From contig KZ538223.1 in the NCBI GenBank assembly GCA_000934665.2, forward strand, positions 1 through 64,000: a stretch of DNA of 64,000 nt. Reading direction: 5' to 3'. Positions within the stretch are counted from its first letter, which is position 1. The number at the start of each line of letters is the position of its first letter. This DNA comes from Catajapyx aquilonaris. Its lineage: Eukaryota. Both the position numbers and the translations under genes were made by a program. The notes beneath the pieces are model-generated. The model worked only from the letters and a program-made list of their open reading frames with translations, was not told the origin of the DNA and did no database searches. This document shows, in pieces, positions 1-12,918 of the stretch.

Positions 1-276
1 CTACACGGAATAGAGGGGGTGGCCCTCACATACACAGAGAGAATGGTGTAGTTGTGGTGCACACGCACAGAACTGCATGGTCCACTGACCTGTTGAAACT
101 GAAACCGGGATCCTGGAAGACAGGCAACCCACATTACCTCTCTCAAATTCTATTGGCATCCTGTAACAACAACAACAACAACAACAACGGCTTTCGTCCA
201 AGGTGCTATTGAAAAAATAAAATAAGCGTGATGATGGTTGCATAGCGTCAGGAGATACATGTCTGCTTGGAACTTG

Positions 277-955
277 GAAGCACAGTTGCCAAACGAAAAA
301 ACATGGATTTTGACCCTTGGACGCATGGTTACCAGACGGACTGAGCGAAACTGTCCAATCACGTGATTTTAAAGCACAGTTACCATGGCCAATCAGGGGG
401 TGATTAGAATCTTCGAGAGGCACAGATGCCCAGAGGAAATGAGCGAAACTGGCGAATCATGGATTGATTTTTGAAGCAGAGTTACCAGGTAGGAAACTGT
501 GGAAATCGCGTGGTGGACTCACTGTTGCCAGACAAACTGAGCGAAACTGTCCAATCACGTATTCTGAAGCACAGTTGCCAGACAAAATGAGTGCAACTTT
601 TTCGCAGCCACATGATTTTGAAGCACAGTTATCAGATGGAGTGCAACTGCAGCAATTACATGATTTAACCCCTTGAGACACAGTTGCCAAATAAAATTAG
701 TGAAACTGTCCAATATTGCGTGATTTTGAAGCACAGTTATCAGCTGGAGCGCAACTGTGGCAATGACGTGATTTGACCCTTGGAAGCACAGTTGCCAGAT
801 GAAATGAGCGAAACTGTCCAATCACGTGATTTTGAAGAACTGTTACCAGATGGAGTGCAACTGTGGCAATTGCGTGATTTGACCCTTTGAGGCACAGTTG
901 CCAGACGAAACGAGCGAAACTGTCCAATCAAGTGATTTGGAAGCACAGTTACCAG
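277..955. repeat. Degenerate minisatellite, about 50-60 bp unit (GAAGCACAGTTGCCAGA…GAGCGAAACTGTCCAATCACGTGATTTT)
   Basis: The gcacagttgcca/gcacagttacca core recurs about a dozen times; it explains the repetitive ORFs at 150-970. Confidence 0.85.
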
Positions 956-2772
956 ACTTTTGTGCAATTTTCTGACATTCAGCCTCTTTCAGTCGATTTT
1001 TGCTTGTGTTGGTCACCCCCGTTGTGCGTTAGGCGGGATAGAAGAGGGGGATGGTGGTGGTGGTGGTGGTGGGGGAGGGCTATAATCTCCCCACCTCCTC
1101 CCCCTCCAACCACCCTTCGACTCGTTACCAGGATGAGAGCAGTGGGAGTTGAGTCGTCTCCTATCCCTTTTCTGCCGATCGATTGGCCGCGGCTAATCTG
1201 GTCATCAAGAATAATCGAGGTTGCGGTTGCCATCAACTTTTCTTTTTGTCCTACCCATCGGGAGGGGGAGGCGGAAGGGATCGAAGAGCTGAGGGGGGAA
1301 GGCTTGAGGTTAAGTTACAGCATGTTCTGTAATTAATGTCTCTAGTGATGAAAGTGGCCTCTGTCGCAATATGCGGGGTAGGGTGACCATTCTGGGGGAG
1401 AATGCAGCGTACGGATGATCTTTACTACACGACGAAGGGGTGGTGGCGCGGGGTAGCTCAGAGAGCGCGTCCGAATGCATCTCGCCGAGGCAAAGCCACA
1501 ATAACGTTCGTTGGGCTGCGTCGCCACAAAACGTACAGTAATTTTGCGGTTACATAACCCACAGTCCCACACTAAGCGACCAGCTTCGCAATTAGCTAAT
1601 ATTATCGCGCTAATTAACGGACCGTGCCGTGGAAGAGCCGCAAAGAGCGACAGTACACTACCAGGAAGGCAAGAAAAGCGCCCTCAAGAAACCACTTCGT
1701 TGCGTAGTAAAGATCAGCCCAGATTACGACCCTTATCCATTGTATCCAAGGCAATGTAAGTGTCGTGGGCTGTATCTTCGAACGTGTATTAATCTGTTTA
1801 ATGAGGATCTTTAAATAAATTGGACCGTACCTGTGCCGAATCGCCATTTGTACCTACCCGTCGCATCCATTACCTAATAGGTGCCAGGCTACGCTATGCA
1901 AAATTGCGGATTAATTAAGGGTGGCTGCGTAATCAATATGGGATTACAGGAGCCGCCTAACCGATACCATAACCCAGTGTGTGTGTCACGCTCCACATTA
2001 TTTCAGGTCCGGGGACCGAATGTTTTAAAACGTGGGTTTGCGCCCCCCCCCCCCCCCCCNNCCCCCCCCCCCCTCCCCCGGATAAAGAGCCGGTGGGTTT
2101 TGCGGGAGGTGGCGGGGGCGCATGACGTGAGGCCCTCGGTGGAAATCCCCGCAGCGCCCCGCCTGTAAATCTTGCCCGTCTTCTTGCATGTCACACTGAT
2201 CCGGGGCTTTAGCGGCTGAGCCGCCGGGATTCATTTGCGCCGAAAGCTGGAGGTCCAGATTACCTTGTCCGGAGTTCCGGGTTCAGGCCCACGCCGAGGT
2301 GTGTAACTGAGACCACCCCCTCCCTCTCTCTCTCTCTTCTCTCTTCATATAACCCCAACCCGGGCCAGATTACACCCATCCGGATGATTAGGAAAAGGAA
2401 TTTCATTCAGGCGATGGAAGTGTCATGAGATGTGTATCAGACGATGTCCTGGGCCGGATATCGAGGGTTTGGAATCAGCCATTGTGTGCCGCAGGCCAAC
2501 GAACGTTATTGTGGCTTTGCCAACCGCGAACCTTGGCTTCTAATGTCGTATAGGCAACCCAAGAATAGACTGCACGATTACGTGGGGTTTTCCCAAATTT
2601 CTAGAGCATCTCATCACCACCTCGTCCCCTATGTTTTATGTTTACTCTGGAGTATGGAGTATGGTGAAATGTACAGATGTCGGGGGAGGGGGGGGGGGAT
2701 TTTACCATGGAGAAAAATTTTCTGTACATTTAATGTACGGATGTCAGGGCAGAATTTTACCATGGAGATATA

Positions 2773-3088
2773 CAGGGTGCTTCACCTTTTTTTGTCCGAA
2801 CAGTTATCGGAAAATTGCACGTAGCTGCTACTTTGTAAGCAGTGACTTGCAACCGGTGATTTGTCGGAGGAATGGGGAATGGGGAAAAAGAGGGTCACAC
2901 ATCCCATGTGTGACCCTCAATTTTCAGCGGGCAGCACGTATGCCAAAGCTTCAACCTACGATTCGCAGGGAATATTCCCCGTTCCTCAGAAAAATCACAG
3001 TTTGCAAGCGGTCACTGCTTACTAATAAGTAGCAGCTACGTGCACTTTTCCGATAACTGTTCGGACAAAAAAAAAAGTTGAAACACTG
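2773..3088. mobile_element. Tc1/mariner-type MITE (TA-flanked, CAGGGTG terminus)
   Basis: ta|cagggtgcttcacc…tgtccgaacagttatcggaaaattgcacgtagctgctact pairs with agtagcagctacgtgcacttttccgataactgttcggaca…gaaacactg|ta; arms about 90 bp. Confidence 0.75.
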
Positions 3089-3814
3089 TATGTACAGATA
3101 TCAGGTGGGAAATTTTCCCATGGAGAATGTACAGATGCCAGGGGGTGATTTACCATGGAAAAATGTATACACATGCAGGGTGTGAAATTTTTCCAGCGTG
3201 GGTATGACGTATGTCGGGTTCCATTTGTGTCTGGCAATAACTCTGGGTCGAACACTCATGCTGTCTTTTCCTGGGCGATGGAAGTGTCCTGGGATGTATC
3301 CGATTTTTGATTTGTGTCTATTCTTATTATGTCTGTGTGCGAATATTCTTCCACACCCACCCCCATCCCACCCCCAACCCACCTTGAATCCTCCACTCTG
3401 CTCGGGGTTTGGGCAAAGTTGGCGAATGACGAGCTTTTGCGGGGGGTGAGGCAGGCCGTGTGAACGCCAGCTAAGCCGGGCTAACCGGATTAGGCGCGCT
3501 TAAGCCTGACGGACGGACGAAAGCGCTTGCGGGGTTTCCGGGCTGATCCGGGCTCAGGCCAAGGGAAAGACTGGCATAAGGCGATTTAGAGAGAGAGAAG
3601 CCTTCGTTTTCCATCCCCCCCCCCACCCCTTTTTAGCATCCAACCCACCCACCAAAAGCATTCGGATTGGATTAATCCCGACTCTTTCGGGTGGGGAGGC
3701 TGCTGGACCAGGAAGAAGAGTGTTAAAAAAGAGAATGGCCAAGTCTCGTGTGGGTTGGAATTTTGAAGATCGATTTAGCGATTTATTTTTTTTGGAGGGA
3801 ATGTCAGCATATAG

Positions 3815-4405
3815 AAAGATTCTCATGAGTTCTCTCTGTGTGAGTGCAGTTTTCTCAGGATCCTCTAGTTTCAATTGCTCTCTGCAGCTAATTTTCTATT
3901 GAGGCTGTGTTGCCATGAAAATTGACCTCAAAATTATTTAGTGGATGTGTGGTAGGCCGAAAATCACATAAATATTATTTTTAATATATACATTCATAGA
4001 TTCTCATGGCGAGCTGAGTTCTCTTTGTATGAGTGTAGTTTTCTCGGGATTGTTTCCTTTCAATAACATTGTTTCTTGAATTTTGTGCTAATTTTCTATA
4101 GTGAATGACACGGAAATATATCGATCTGAAAATATTATTTCGAGGATGTGTTGTGTAGGCAGAAAATAAACAAAATTATTTTAAATCCTGCGTGATTCTG
4201 CATTCTGATGGTGAGATGGGTTCTCTCTGTGTGAGTGCAGTTTTCTCGGGATCCTCTAGTTTTCATTGCTCTCGTGGTTCGTGAATTTTGTGTTAATTTG
4301 ATATTGAAACTGTGTTATTGCCATAGATATTGATCTCAAATTAATTCAGTGGACATGTTGTACTGTATAGGCATAAAATCTCAAATAATATTATTTTAAA
4401 TATAC
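3815..4405. repeat. Three diverged tandem copies of a ~190 bp unit
   Basis: gttctctctgtgtgagtgcagttttctc(a/g)ggat recurs near 3829, 4018 and 4220 with shared downstream sequence. Confidence 0.8.
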
Positions 4406-7400
4406 ATTACGTGCACTTCCAATTACTCAAACCATTTCCACGCACTTTTTGCCCTGTTTTTACAACATATCTCGCGTAATTGTTTAAATACGCTCCATGT
4501 AGTGGAGCATAATAATTGTACTCTCTGTACACTTGAAACACTACCGCAAATTGCAACCACTCAGACAGAGTGTGGATTAATATGTGTTTTTTTTGTTGCT
4601 TTTGCTTTAGCATTACTTTAATACGTGCTGGTAATCTGTGAAACTAGGGAGGAAATTGTGCTCATTAATTCACTCAGGAAACGAGATTTGCACTCCAGCA
4701 TAAATTTGTAGCACTCCGTCTATAGAGTTGGTAGTCTTTATATTTACTCTTGTATATACACACATACCGCACCGCATAATAAGTGCGCCAGTATAGCTGT
4801 TAGTGTGGAGTAGGAAAAGTTTGAGAGAGTTACGCGACACTAATCTACTTGTGATGTAATTCTCTTTGACGTGTCGCATCTGCATATATGAAAAGAAGAG
4901 TTATAAATATCGCACTTTGCAGACACTAAGCTCATTTTGAAATGAAGCAACGTCAGCGATATGACATATTCAATCTCTATACATTTTTTTTCCTCCAGCA
5001 ATGTACAGTATATGATCCTGGAATTATTGTTTATTACTGTTTATTATGATCGTTACAACTCCGGTCTCCCTAGTGACCTACATGTCCACTGGGATGCATT
5101 AATTAATTAATTAAATTTAATGAACGTTACGTTCCCAATGGAGAGAGCACGAGGGTTTTGACTTAACTGTAGAATTATTATTCCAAAGCCAGTATTTTCT
5201 GGGGGGAAAAAAATTCGCAAATTTGAACGTAATGTTGCTGAATAATTCGCGCCACTCAAAATAATATCGTCGCTGTTAAGTCAAACGGAAAGTATAACAA
5301 GGTTTTACTATTTCAAAAAAAAAAAGTCTCTCCCATCAAACCAGTATTCCGAAATGTATAACAAACGGTTTTTCCGAGGAGTTAGCAAAAGTTTGTGGGT
5401 GGAAAAAAAAAACTGCGATATAATTATGAGAGATCCAACTCTGCGGGGGGGAAAAAATTTGTAAGTGAAAGTGCGTGCTGGAAATAATCGCGTAATAACT
5501 ATAACGACTGAGGAGCGCTTTTCAATAACCAAAATGGAACGCAATGAAGCCGACATAATTCATGCAACGAGCAAGACGAGATAATGTGTTGGCAGGGTAG
5601 AGAGAGAGGGGTGGGGGGGGGGNTATTCAACCAGGGGGCGAATATGGATACAGGTTTTACAAACTCGAATCCTATTAGAGTCAGTGCGCTGGGGAGGGCT
5701 GCAATTATACGCAATGAGTCATATGGAATCATCACAGGAAAATAGCCTTTCCTTCAAAAAGCGGAGTTGGGGGAGGGGGGGGGGGGTTGGAACAATTTGC
5801 CTGGCGGAGACTCTTACTCTGGGACAGATTATGCCAACTGTGATTACAGGTGCGTGCATTTCGCTTATGAAAACGCCATACCGTTCGTTCTCTGTGTTTT
5901 CCAGGCATGGGACCAGAGGATTTTTCGCCACATTTTGTGTGCGACGAACCGTTCAGATGCCAAAAGCGAAAAAAAAAAATTGGGGAGAGGAGGGGGAAAC
6001 ATTTTATCAGAATCTGATGACATTAAGTCAGAAGATTAGTCATTTTCTATGGTGAAGGTGCATCTGTGCATGTAAGGTGAATTATGCACAAAAATATAGA
6101 GTTCTCAGCAGTCACAAATTTGAATAACATAATCTGCAAAATGATGCTTGGTTTGCAATAGTAGTGTTTGATTTTGTGCAAATTATACGTTTGAAAGGTC
6201 AGTCAAGCGTGGTACAGAATTTTCCATGTATGTATGGCTGTAGTGCATTGCATAAGCTTTTGGCAATCCGTTGTGAATATACTGCGGCGATGTTTGCTGA
6301 AATTTTGGCCCAACAGCAAAAAAAATTGTATAGATTCGGCAAAAGTGCCAAGAAGGGCTCTTTTGACACTTGCATTTATCGGGCACACATCTTTATTAAA
6401 TCATAGAAATATCATTTTGCACCCACAGCAATTCAAAGATGTGCTAGGTTATGTCAAAAAAATCTGTAATTAATTTTCAAGGTGTTGGCATATTTTTTTT
6501 TACATAAAATGCTATGGATTTTTTTTTTTACATACGACAAGTAGTTTGCTGAATAAGCACGACATTATTTTTAATGCATAATATCATTTTGCACCACAGT
6601 AATTTAAAAGCGTTCGCAAGCCATATGTCAAAAAAATTTGTAATAAATGTCTGCATATTTAGCACATAAAATATACTGAGTATTTACATGGTTTGCTGAC
6701 ATTTCTTTTTTAAAAAGAACCTCGCAAATTGGGCGACGATTACGAGAAGCAGGAACATCATGCAGGAAAAGTATATCCCGGAAACTTGTTGCACATTATC
6801 CCCGGAAGTACAGTATAGGTTATGAGAGGAAGGGGTCGAATAAAAGCGCGGGATGTGTATAGCAGAGCTCCGCGGAAAAAAAAAATTAACAAAAAAATAA
6901 AAAACATTTTACAAAGTTTAAACAGCCCCTCCCAAAATGCTACTTTACGCGCATCTCATTGCCGGGAAAATTTTCCCCTGGAATTGCAAATCCTTCTGTT
7001 TCTACGGGGGACAGCATAACAGCCTCTTTAGTACAACTAATTCGCCTAAAATACACTGTACTTTGCTGCTGCCACCATCTCTTACGCCTTCTGTTTCCGA
7101 CTCCCAAATTATCCAAGGTACAGGATGATCCATTAATTACACCAATTGCAAAACCGTATGAAGGGGGTCAATAAGGCATGTTAATCTAATTATGCTGGTA
7201 TTAAGTTGGAAAATTTAATTAAATAAAAAAATAAACGCTCGGATGAACTACAGGTAATTTGTTCACTTTCCCAATTTTGCTGCGGAAAGCTGCAGGATTA
7301 TTTTTATTTCACCCAGACATGTGCCTGAATTATTTGCTAAATATTTCGCATTATTTTCATGACCAAATGAAGAACTAACATAATGACCGAAAAAATGTAA

Positions 7401-7446
7401 CAAATGTACAGGTGCATATAGGACTCTAGGAATCTCTGAGTTAATC

Positions 7447-7448
<2 letters not shown>

Positions 7449-7508
<60 letters not shown>
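7449..7508. repeat. (ATT)n microsatellite
   Basis: Read directly from the sequence. Confidence 0.97.
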
Positions 7509-7509
<1 letters not shown>

Positions 7510-7742
7510 AAATGCATAGTTTGTGTGTATGTTTGTTCATACAATGGCAACCTGTTTTCATGGCAACCGATGAGCCTGACATAAATTTTGAATGCCATTT
7601 TATTATATTTTTATTTTTCTACCCCTTGCTCAGGTATTTACCTGATAAATTTGAATGCTAATAACGTTTTTTTTTTGTTAGTAGCAAAATTAACTTTCCC
7701 AGTTCGACAATAAATTAGAGGGCGGAGTAGCATATAGCGCCC

Positions 7743-7890
7743 TGGTGACTCATCACCAACGTGCATGTAGTAATGCTTTCGCCCTGAGAGTGGCAGTAGA
7801 GTGCAGATGATGGAGAGCCTACGAGCCAACTTCTAGTGGCCTATTGTACTACGTCCAAGTTGGGGAGGGGGGGGGGAGCAGTGTTGCCAA
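7743..7890 (-). mobile_element. Copy of a dispersed repeat family; other copies at about 42975-43120, 40770-40935 and 46885-46970
   Basis: Reverse complement aligns with ttggcaacactg…cccaacttggacgtagtacaata…ctctgcacactcctgccactc…catgcacgttggtgatgagtcac at 42975. Confidence 0.75.
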
Positions 7891-8984
7891 AATTTAGCAA
7901 CGGGTCAGCTACTAAATAATATGGCAAATTGTTGACCTTATTGGCTCAAAAACTTATTGAGTGCCCAAAATTAGCAAATAATTTGCATGTTAGCTCTTCT
8001 GCCCTAATCTCCAAAACTTCCTTTCGGGCCCTCTTTTCAAAAAAAAAAAAAAAATATATNCCCCCCCCCCCCTCTTTCCCCCTCCGAAAAAAAAACGAAA
8101 CGCGGGAATTAACCTAATCGTTGCACCTGCCCCCTGGGAGTACAGCACAGGAATTATCTGCATGTCGGGAGACAACCGGCTCATGGCTTATCATGCCGTC
8201 ATTGGGGCCACTGCACGTAAGGCGATTTTCCCTCCCACTTTTTTTTTTGCCGTCCATTTTTTTTTTTATATGCCAAAGTATTTTCCGACCATGTGTATGT
8301 TATTATTCGTACGCACTCTCTCGCCCCCATAGGCAACATTCAACCCCCCCCCTCCCATCCCCGAACTTTTCCCTCCCTCATTGCCCCCCCCGTCCCCGTC
8401 CCCCCTGTACCCGCCGAGCGGTGATTTTCGGACACGGCGGCGTCGCCCCGGGGAGATTTCCAGAAAAATCCGGGGATGAGAAGCAGAAACAACCTAATTA
8501 ACGTAAAATGCAAGCGGCCTAAGCCTATTTGTTTCTATTAGTAACCGAAATCACCGTTGAGTAGCCCGAAGGGGAGCTGTAAATCATCAGGACCGTACTG
8601 TTCAGGTGAGGGGGGGGAGGGGTCATGTATATAGAGAGGAATAGTTTTCGAGGGANGGGGGGGAAGGAGAAAAAAAAATAAAATTGCTGACGTCATGCCC
8701 ACAGGTTTTAATTCGGTGGGGAGGGGGGGGGGGTGTAATTAATTGTTGTAATTGATGCGGGATAAGTGTGCAGAAAACCGGATTATATAAAATAATAATG
8801 GCCCAGGTTGGGGGAATTACAATATTAAAAAACTGCGTACCTACTTGAAACTTGCGGGGAGCTAATGATTAAAATGGGATTTAGCCCGCAAGTAGTCTGC
8901 TCCACCATGTAAATGTTTTTTTTTTTCATTATGTAAAGAGGGCTTTGTAAAAATGTATTTATATTATTAGGCCTATGTATATAC

Positions 8985-9990
8985 TTACGGGATTTTTCCT
9001 TCCTTTTTTTTGGTGAAAAAGTGCGGTAAATTATAACTAAGAGGTTCTTTTATTATTATCCCGGAACGCACAGAGAATTCGAGCCTATTGTGAACCAGCT
9101 AAAATGTATAATTGCAATTTTAAGTCGATGAAATTATCAACACCAATTAGGTCGAGTAATTGCAATTTTAATGTATTTGTAATTTTGTCATGTACGTATA
9201 GATTATTAGGCTTATACTTACGGGGATTTCCTCCATTTTTGGGGGGAATAAACTGCGGTAAATGAAATTCATTATTATCCTGGAACGCACACAACATTAT
9301 TTTGAACTTCTTGCGGACCAGTTAAAATTTATAATTATTGCAATTTTAAGTCTTATGAAATTATCAACACAAATTAGGTCAAGTAATATTTCAATTTATG
9401 CGCCAATTAAGTCGTATAAGCTAATAGAGACACATATTAACACAAATACGTGTAAGAGGATAATATAATATTATTATAAGCACATTATTTCATACTTTTG
9501 TCCATATATTTTCCTTTAATTTCATTTCATACACGAGGACCTTTTGTAATTACAATTTTTAATTGACGAAATTAAAAAGCACGACTGGAGTGTTTGGTCA
9601 AGTCACGACTTAATTGGTGCACTGCACTACAAATTGATTTACAAAACTTGACTAAACACATCAATCGTGCTGATAATTTCGTCGATTAAAAATTATTGTA
9701 ATTACAAATTTGAGATACACCTCTGTCGTATCAAACGAAATTAACGGAAAATATATTGCAAAAATAATTAAGTACTATAATATGTAAACAATATTCTCCT
9801 CTTATTCGCGTTCATATGATTGTGTTTCTGTAGGTAAAAACGTAAAAGTACAACGTAATTAGCTCACTGTACTGAAAACTGAAATTACTTGACCTAATTG
9901 GTGTTGCGGATTATTTCATCGACTAAAATTGTAATTACAAAGCTGGTCGACAATAGGCTCAAAAATTCTCTTATTATTTGAGTTCATATA
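8985..9990. repeat. Old AT-rich fold-back element with an internal tandem duplication
   Basis: Nested inverted arms centred near 9620 (gtgtttggtcaagt / acttgactaaacac; agtcgatgaaatt…aacaccaattaggtc / gacctaattggtgtt…atttcatcgact). 8985-9170 is duplicated at about 9215-9400. Confidence 0.7.
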
Positions 9991-10266
9991 CAACTCTGTT
10001 ATACGAACGCAGATAATAATCAGAGAAAAACTGCATATTTCATAATGTTTGCCAGATTATTTTCTCATATAATTTTGATGAGGTATATGACGACCTTTGC
10101 GTCAAATATATGTAACAGCAGAAGTGTCCCAAGTTGAGATAACGCCCTTTTGGTCCAATCAAAACGGTAACATTCCCTCCCGCAGCATCCCAAATCTGTA
10201 CCGAGACATTTTCTATTGAGCTATCTTCCTAACCTGGCGACAATACATTTTATCTGAAAGCCTGAC

Positions 10267-10298
<32 letters not shown>

Positions 10299-10689
10299 CC
10301 TGTCTTTTGTATGACCTGTGACCCTGCACGTGAGGAGTGACACCCCGTTCCCCCCCAGATTGAAATTCCCGTCCCAACCTCGTGGTCTTTCCGAAATCGA
10401 TGTGGGGGATCCGGAGAGAGATTTTTTAGGGTATTTTTTTTTGTGTTTTCTCCGGGAAAAGTAGAGCCAAACGTCGCTGGATGTCACCGCCTCCAATCTC
10501 TTTCAAGCCCGCTCACCCAGATGGCAGCACCGCCAATGTCGTTTCCCCGCCACGATTGACGCTCACAAAATCAACGTCAATCTTTTAAATTTTATTTATT
10601 AAGAAACTTTTGGGGGCATGCTATTGATATCCAATATCTTTTCAGAGAGACTCTAAAAACTTTTCACATCAACTGTAACACATACGAGT

Positions 10690-11450
10690 GTGAAAAAGGT
10701 GACAGTCAGTGATTTTTTTTTTTGTTGTTGTCCTAAACCGATGATTATTTTAAAGCAGCTTCATCGAACAAGTCAATAATTAAATAATATTTTGGCAATC
10801 AAAAGTTGCCATTTTTTATCCCTTCAACCGCCATACATGCAAGGTTCAAAATGTGTTGGTTTCAATCGACGATGTTTGGGCCTAAAACTATGCTTATTTT
10901 TAAGCAGCTTCTTTGAACAATGTGATCAGCAGGTTTTTGAACAAGTCGCTATAACGTATTCATAAAATTACAAACAAATATTTCGCCAATAATCAAAAGT
11001 AACAATATGTGAATTTTTTTATATCGCCTCAGCTCTACAAACAAGGCTCAAAATAATGTGTTCGTTTCAATCAGTGATTATACCTAAAACTATGCTTATT
11101 TTTAAGCAATTTTTTTGGACAAGTTGCCCTATAACTGATGATAAAATAAGAACAAATATTTTGGCAATCAACAGCATCGGCTTAATGTTCAACATGTGCT
11201 TAGAACAATCGGTGATTATTCGCCCGAAAACTATGGTTTATTTTCCAGTTATTTGGACAAGTTGCACTTAATAAAATTACAAGAAATATTTTGGCAATCA
11301 AAAGTAACCATTTTTAAATCTCCTTAAGGTTCAAAATATGTTTGTTTCAATCGGCGATTTTTTTTTGCCCAATCACTATGCTTTCGTATTTGACCAAGTT
11401 GATATAACTTGATTATAAAATTACAGCTAATATTTTGGCTATCTCCACAA
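10690..11450. repeat. Diverged tandem repeat, unit about 130-190 bp, around 5 copies
   Basis: aatattttggcaatcaaaagt, ggttcaaaat…tttcaatc and cctaaaactatgcttatttttaagca recur. Confidence 0.8.
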
Positions 11451-12705
11451 GTAACTGATTAAAATCATTAGTGAGCGAGGAAAAGAAAATCGCGAACTAA
11501 GACTGGTGTCGCTAAGAGGCCGATGGGGGTGTATAGGGATGGTAAATCTGGTTATACATCATCATGGAGTTGGATGGTTTGAGCAGCCCACTCTTGCTGA
11601 TCCAGTTAGGTGAAGTCGAGGCCAGCATCTGCCCGGGGTTTTAGCAATGTAAAGGGATTGGGTCAATCCCAGGATTAGGACTCGGGGACTGACAAAGACC
11701 AGTGCTTTCTGCCTTGCCTGCTTGCTTCACTCTCTCAGCTAGAGTTCTCTCTCTATCGACACATCACTGCTCTCTCTGACCCTCTTGTATTCAAAGGTGC
11801 ACCCGGACATGTCTTGTGCGACTCTAATTCCCATCATTCGAAGCCAAACGTTCAAAGGGCGAACGGACATGGTGTATAGCGTTTCGATCTGTGAAATGTC
11901 CGTTCGAGGAAATGGCAAACAAACAGGATGTCTAACTTGGTGGTCCACTAAGGAAGAAACACCTCGTGAAAATATTATTTACCTCTTTTACAGTAAATAC
12001 GCGTCAAGTTGTTGAAAGCAACTGTTGCTTTTCAGTAGAAATAATAAGCCATTGTTGACGGATATTGTGAAAAACTTTCTGTCAATTCGGCTGTAAAACT
12101 AATTTTTTTTGCACACAAATATTCTCCACAATGTGATCTTAGGCTTAACTCACTCGCAGAACGGTCGATCGCACATCTAGGCTTTCTCACCACGTGGTTT
12201 TCTTGCGGGCGGCGCCATTTTGTGCCCCCGCAACTTAAGACCCCACCTCCGGATTTTAAAACAAGCCCCCTCGAGAATTAAATGAAAATATGGGTAGGAG
12301 TTACTCAGGTAATGAGCTGAACTGGTGCAGAATCGGACTTAGCAAAGTTGTCCCGAGGCGATCCGGAAACTTCGGGAGGGGGTCCTAGACATTTTGACTC
12401 TTATACCTCAGCATTCACCTGTAAAACGAGCCTTTCCTTGCTGTTTCGCCTCTCCTAATCTCCAAATGTAAATTTTGCTAATGGTGCATGTAGGCCTCAA
12501 GTGCCTTGCGGACTGCCTGATCTTCCCCGAGCATTTCATTAGGCTAAGTGTCTATACACAAGCTTTTGGTGGGTGGGTGGGGATTTTTGGATTGTTGCTA
12601 CTGCCCTCTCAACTTAACCTAAAAGACAGCTATCCAAATATTGCTTACAGTGTTTTCCAGCAGATTATTGAAAACTGTGTGTCTCTCTCTGCGTGTTTTC
12701 CGCAG

Positions 12706-12918
12706 GGAAATCCATTCCAGTCCACTGCGTCGTGGAGGCTTACCTTCCTCAGGAAGATGTAGGAAGCAGCCATCTTGCAAGCCCATCCTCAGCACCTAGT
12801 CTCAGCGTGGAAACTGACAGCTACGCAATAATTCCTGTCAGCACCTTATTCACTGACCTGGTCGCAGTTGCTCTGCAGAGGCTTGGTTATGGCCCAGATG
12901 TCACTGCTCATGCCAAAG
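12706..12918 (+). CDS. dve: dve coding exon (Compass domain start, GKSIPVHCVVE...AHAKG)
   Basis: ccgcag acceptor at 12704-05, gtaaag donor at 12919; phase 1 at both ends. Confidence 0.9.

Noticed and set aside
1..970. Several overlapping Cys-rich or repetitive ORFs
   Set aside because: By-products of the tandem repeat and an (AAC)n tract.
7263..7598. Poly-Ile ORF (and the poly-Tyr ORF at 53789-54022)
   Set aside because: Translations of (ATT)n/(AAT)n microsatellites.
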